Shown: piece after piece, positions 60,806-64,000 of the stretch | Position numbering within the stretch: position 1 is the stretch's first letter | How the letters are laid out: each line of letters starts with the position of its first letter | From: Nemertoderma westbladi | Taxonomy: Eukaryota; Animalia; Xenacoelomorpha | Assembly: GCA_032718475.1 (NCBI GenBank) | Contig: JAUCBJ010006420.1 | Span: 1-64,000, forward strand | Direction: 5' to 3' | DNA: 64,000 bases | Position numbers and translations under genes: made by a program | The notes under the pieces: generated by a model | What the model was told of the DNA's origin: nothing | The model's input: only the letters and a program-made list of their open reading frames with translations | The model's database searches: none

Positions 60806-61869
60806 ATTTAAAAGGAGGTTACATCGATTTATAATTAATATACAGGTTTCTATAAGCCTTATAAACATAAACTTTGTTTCATTGTATTGAAGGAAGGGAT
60901 AAAAATATCAGGTGGAAAGTTGAAAGTGGCTCAAGTAACCCCGGATGACGGTATTGTAAATTTTTATTAAACAGTTGCAACTTAGTATTAATATTTAAAA
61001 CGAAGTAGTAGGCTACACAGTACTTTATAAAAGTTCACAAAATATTTAGATTAAACGAATATTATTGTTTTAATTATTTGAATTGAATTCTACGCTTTTT
61101 TAAAGAAATGCAGTTTTTAATTACTGTAGGGTAGAGCTGGGAGGGTTGAACCGTGAGGAGGGGTGAATCAGTGCAATTTAAAGGAGAACGCTTGGGTTTG
61201 GCATTTCCATGGATATACCATTAGATAGACAATTAAAAACTGCACCTATTGTTGTCTTTAGTCCAACTCTAGCCTATATGCAGCTTTGCTGTGAAGGAAA
61301 GTACTGTATGCTTTTCCCACATGATTTCTAGAACGGATATCGCTGGTTTGGATCCTTCCCATTTAATTGATTTGACAATTCACCAATCAAAAAATGTGAT
61401 ACTTTTCTGGTGGAGAAATTAGGTATGGATGATTACGTCACTAGTTGGCACTTTTCGTACGCAATGCATTTTTCAAAAAAATTGAGTAGTGTGAGAGGGT
61501 TGAACCACTTTCCTATTGGTTGTTTTGGCTACTTATCTACAGATATGGATGGTATTTAATAGGACTAATTGACTACGCTTGATTCAGTGTTAGTTTCATG
61601 TCAACCCGTGGTGACAGGTAGTAGAAAAATAAAAAAACAAATAACAAATAAAAAAACGACTGTTTATTTGACAAAAGTGAGATGTCACTGGCAGACAAAC
61701 ACTCCAAAAACACAGACAAACAGACAGAAATACTAATTTTCATTGACATATTTTCCTTTGATAACATTGCTTCTATGGGTGGTTCAACCCTCCTAACCCT
61801 CCTGATTCAACCTAGTTTCAACAATATTCGCAATCGAAATTGAGAATTCGCAAGCCCCATTTTATTAGA

Positions 61870-63750
61870 TATGGATTTAATTTGGCACTTACAATTCAAT
61901 TTATCATCTATATATAGTTGCCCAAATATTGTATATTTTCATATTGTGGTATTTTTTGTTGTTAGTTTTATATCGTCAATTTACAGAGTGCGACTGTGCG
62001 GGGATAATAGTAATAATTTTGTCTTGTCTGTATTAAGGATAAGGTGTAGGTTTGCAAAAGTATGCTCTTGGTCATTTACTTGTTTTTCTAGTGTTGCCGT
62101 TGCTATTTTTGGATCAGTATGTGAAAAAAATATCAGGGTGTCATCAGCGTATTGCACAAGATCAAGATCAAAGAAAGTTTTTAAATTATTGACATATAAA
62201 AGAAATAACAGTGGTACTAACTGCGTTCCTTGAGGTAACCCCCCTGTTTGATATTTCCCATTTAGAATAAGTCCCATTTATTTTAACACGTTGTGGCCTG
62301 TCCCTTAAGAAATTTTCTTTTAGTGTAATGGCTGTCCGATGTAGTCCCAAGTATTTTAGTTTTTTAAGCAGAATCACGTGGTTTAAAGAATTGAAAGCCT
62401 TAGAGAGATCCAAAGCAGCTACTGCAACAAATTTATTTTTATCTAATTGTGCTCTCCATGACTCTGTGGTATAAATAATTGCATCAGATGTGGAATAGCC
62501 CTTTTTGGAACCCGAATTGTTTTTATTAATCAATTTGTGCTTGTTTATCTAGGTGTCTGATTGGTTTATTATTACATTTTCGAATATTTTTTCAAATGTT
62601 GATGTTACAGATATTGGACGGTAATTTTCGGGGTCTAGGATGTCACCTTTTTTATATACAGGAGTTATATCACTTAATTTCAGTTTCTGTGGGAAGACTG
62701 AAGTGGTTAAACATTTATTGATAATAAGTGTTAGTGGAGTAACTATTTGGTACCTAGCAAGCTTATAATTTTAGGTGGTATTCCGGATGGACCATTTGGT
62801 TTATGTATATTTATTATTTTCAGGAAATAAAATACTTCCATAACATTAACGTTGAAAAAAGCAATTTCTGGTCTGGACTGCATCTGCGACCCATCACCGC
62901 AAGAAGAGGTTTTATTAGACCAATCCTTATTGTAGTGCTTGGGAGTATTTGATTTTTTGAGTCCTAGGTTTAAAAATACCCTATTGAAAATGTTAGCGAT
63001 ACCGGATTTAGTATTGCAAATACTATCGTCCATTCCTCTTAGGCGATTTATTTTGGTTTGTGTTTTTTTTTTAATTTAAAATATAATTATTTATATTCCA
63101 CCACGATTTTAGGTCCGGCGCCGTACCAAAATTAACCCGCATGTGTTTGTTTTTCATATACTTATTTAGATTATTATATTTGTTACGTGCGCTTTTAAAG
63201 GCTTTATAATAAGAATCCTGTTTTGTTGACCGCCATTGTTGTAGTTTTTCCATTTTTTCTTTACGTAATTCTTCAAGCTCCCTCATCCACCTTGGATTAT
63301 TGATCGGAGGTTTATTGTTCTCGACAATCAATACTCTTCTGAATGGCGCAAGAATATCAAGAATGGCACGGCTTCCAAATAGTCATAGCAAAAATTGACG
63401 TCCGGACTATGATACAATGGCGACCTATCAATTTTGTTAAGATCCTCAATGAATTTAGATTCCGAAAATTCTTTGAAGTTTCTAATATTTTGCCAGCTTT
63501 TTTCATTATTTTGGTTCTCCAGTTTGTAATTTATATCTGTATTTAATATTACAGTTTCGTGATCAGAAAAATCGCAGAATAGAGTAGTATAGGAAGATTG
63601 TTATCTGAGGTGATAATGAGGTCAAGTAAGGAGTTTTTTGTTATTTCCAAAACGAGTTGGTTCGCTGCTATTAATTAATTTCAGGTCGTATTTAGAAAGT
63701 ATTTCAAATAGATCCCTTGTTTTAATGTTATTTTTATTAAGAATAAGGAT
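61870..63750 (-). pseudogene. Decayed CR1/L2-like LINE ORF2 (end of endonuclease plus RT)
   Basis: Fragments PTRF...DLII, PRWM, YKKG...NYRPISV, LDLSKAF, PQG..L.PLLFLLYVN, QYADDT in several frames. Confidence 0.85.
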
Positions 63751-64000
63751 GCTCAAAGGATGGTATGCTTGAGAATGTGGACGACGTCTGTTACCTGGGA
63801 TCATGGATCCGGAAGTCAGCGAATCGAATACCCTTCGAATACGTAAGGGAAAGGCATGGGCAGCCTTGAATAGGCTTTCCAGGATTTGGATGTCACCGAG
63901 AATTAATCGGAAACTTAAGGTCTGATTATTTAGAGCAGCAGTAGTTCCAGTACTCCTCTATGGGAGTCCATGCTGGGCTCTAACTGCTGAGGACACCAAA
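63751..64000 (+). mobile_element. RTE LINE copy 3 (more deeply 5'-truncated, runs off the window)
   Basis: Matches copy 1 from about 7548 onward (gctcaaaggatggtatgcttgag...gaggacaccaaa), with a small insertion near 63820. Confidence 0.93.

Larger units (their letters stand above)
55200..60951 (+). mobile_element. pogo-superfamily (DD35D, Fot/Passer-like) DNA transposon carrying a nested LINE
   Basis: About 25-bp TIR ccgtcatccggggtta(t/c)ttga(a/g)cca with TA on both flanks (55198-55199 and 60952-60953). Confidence 0.92.

Noticed and set aside
61125-61805. Possible MITE bounded by ggagggttgaacc / ggttcaaccctcc
   Set aside because: Inverted motifs are present, but I could not define termini or a TSD.

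Overview
Eukaryotic (metazoan, probably invertebrate) repeat-rich genomic DNA; there are no prokaryotic features and no CRISPR array. Host genes, all on the minus strand: an intronless, GC-rich Sec31 (COPII outer coat), an intronless SLC25A32-type mitochondrial folate/FAD carrier, a 412-aa uninterrupted orphan ORF, and a probable small three-exon single-pass membrane protein gene. Tandem arrays: 27 bp (about 45 copies), 63 bp (about 9.3 kb with higher-order duplications), 54/59 bp (about 2.9 kb) and several smaller ones. Mobile DNA: three copies of one RTE LINE family, two other decayed LINEs, a scrambled piggyBac, a DD35D pogo-type transposon and many MITEs, often nested. The most unusual object is a recent 6.7-kb LTR element inserted in the 63-bp satellite. 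It has no pol, carries a roughly 1240-codon Gag-like frame with BEL/Pao-type zinc knuckles broken at two G9 runs, and has a duplicated non-canonical primer-binding site complementary to a sequence in its own LTR. All coordinates were read by eye; family assignments come from remembered motifs, not database searches.
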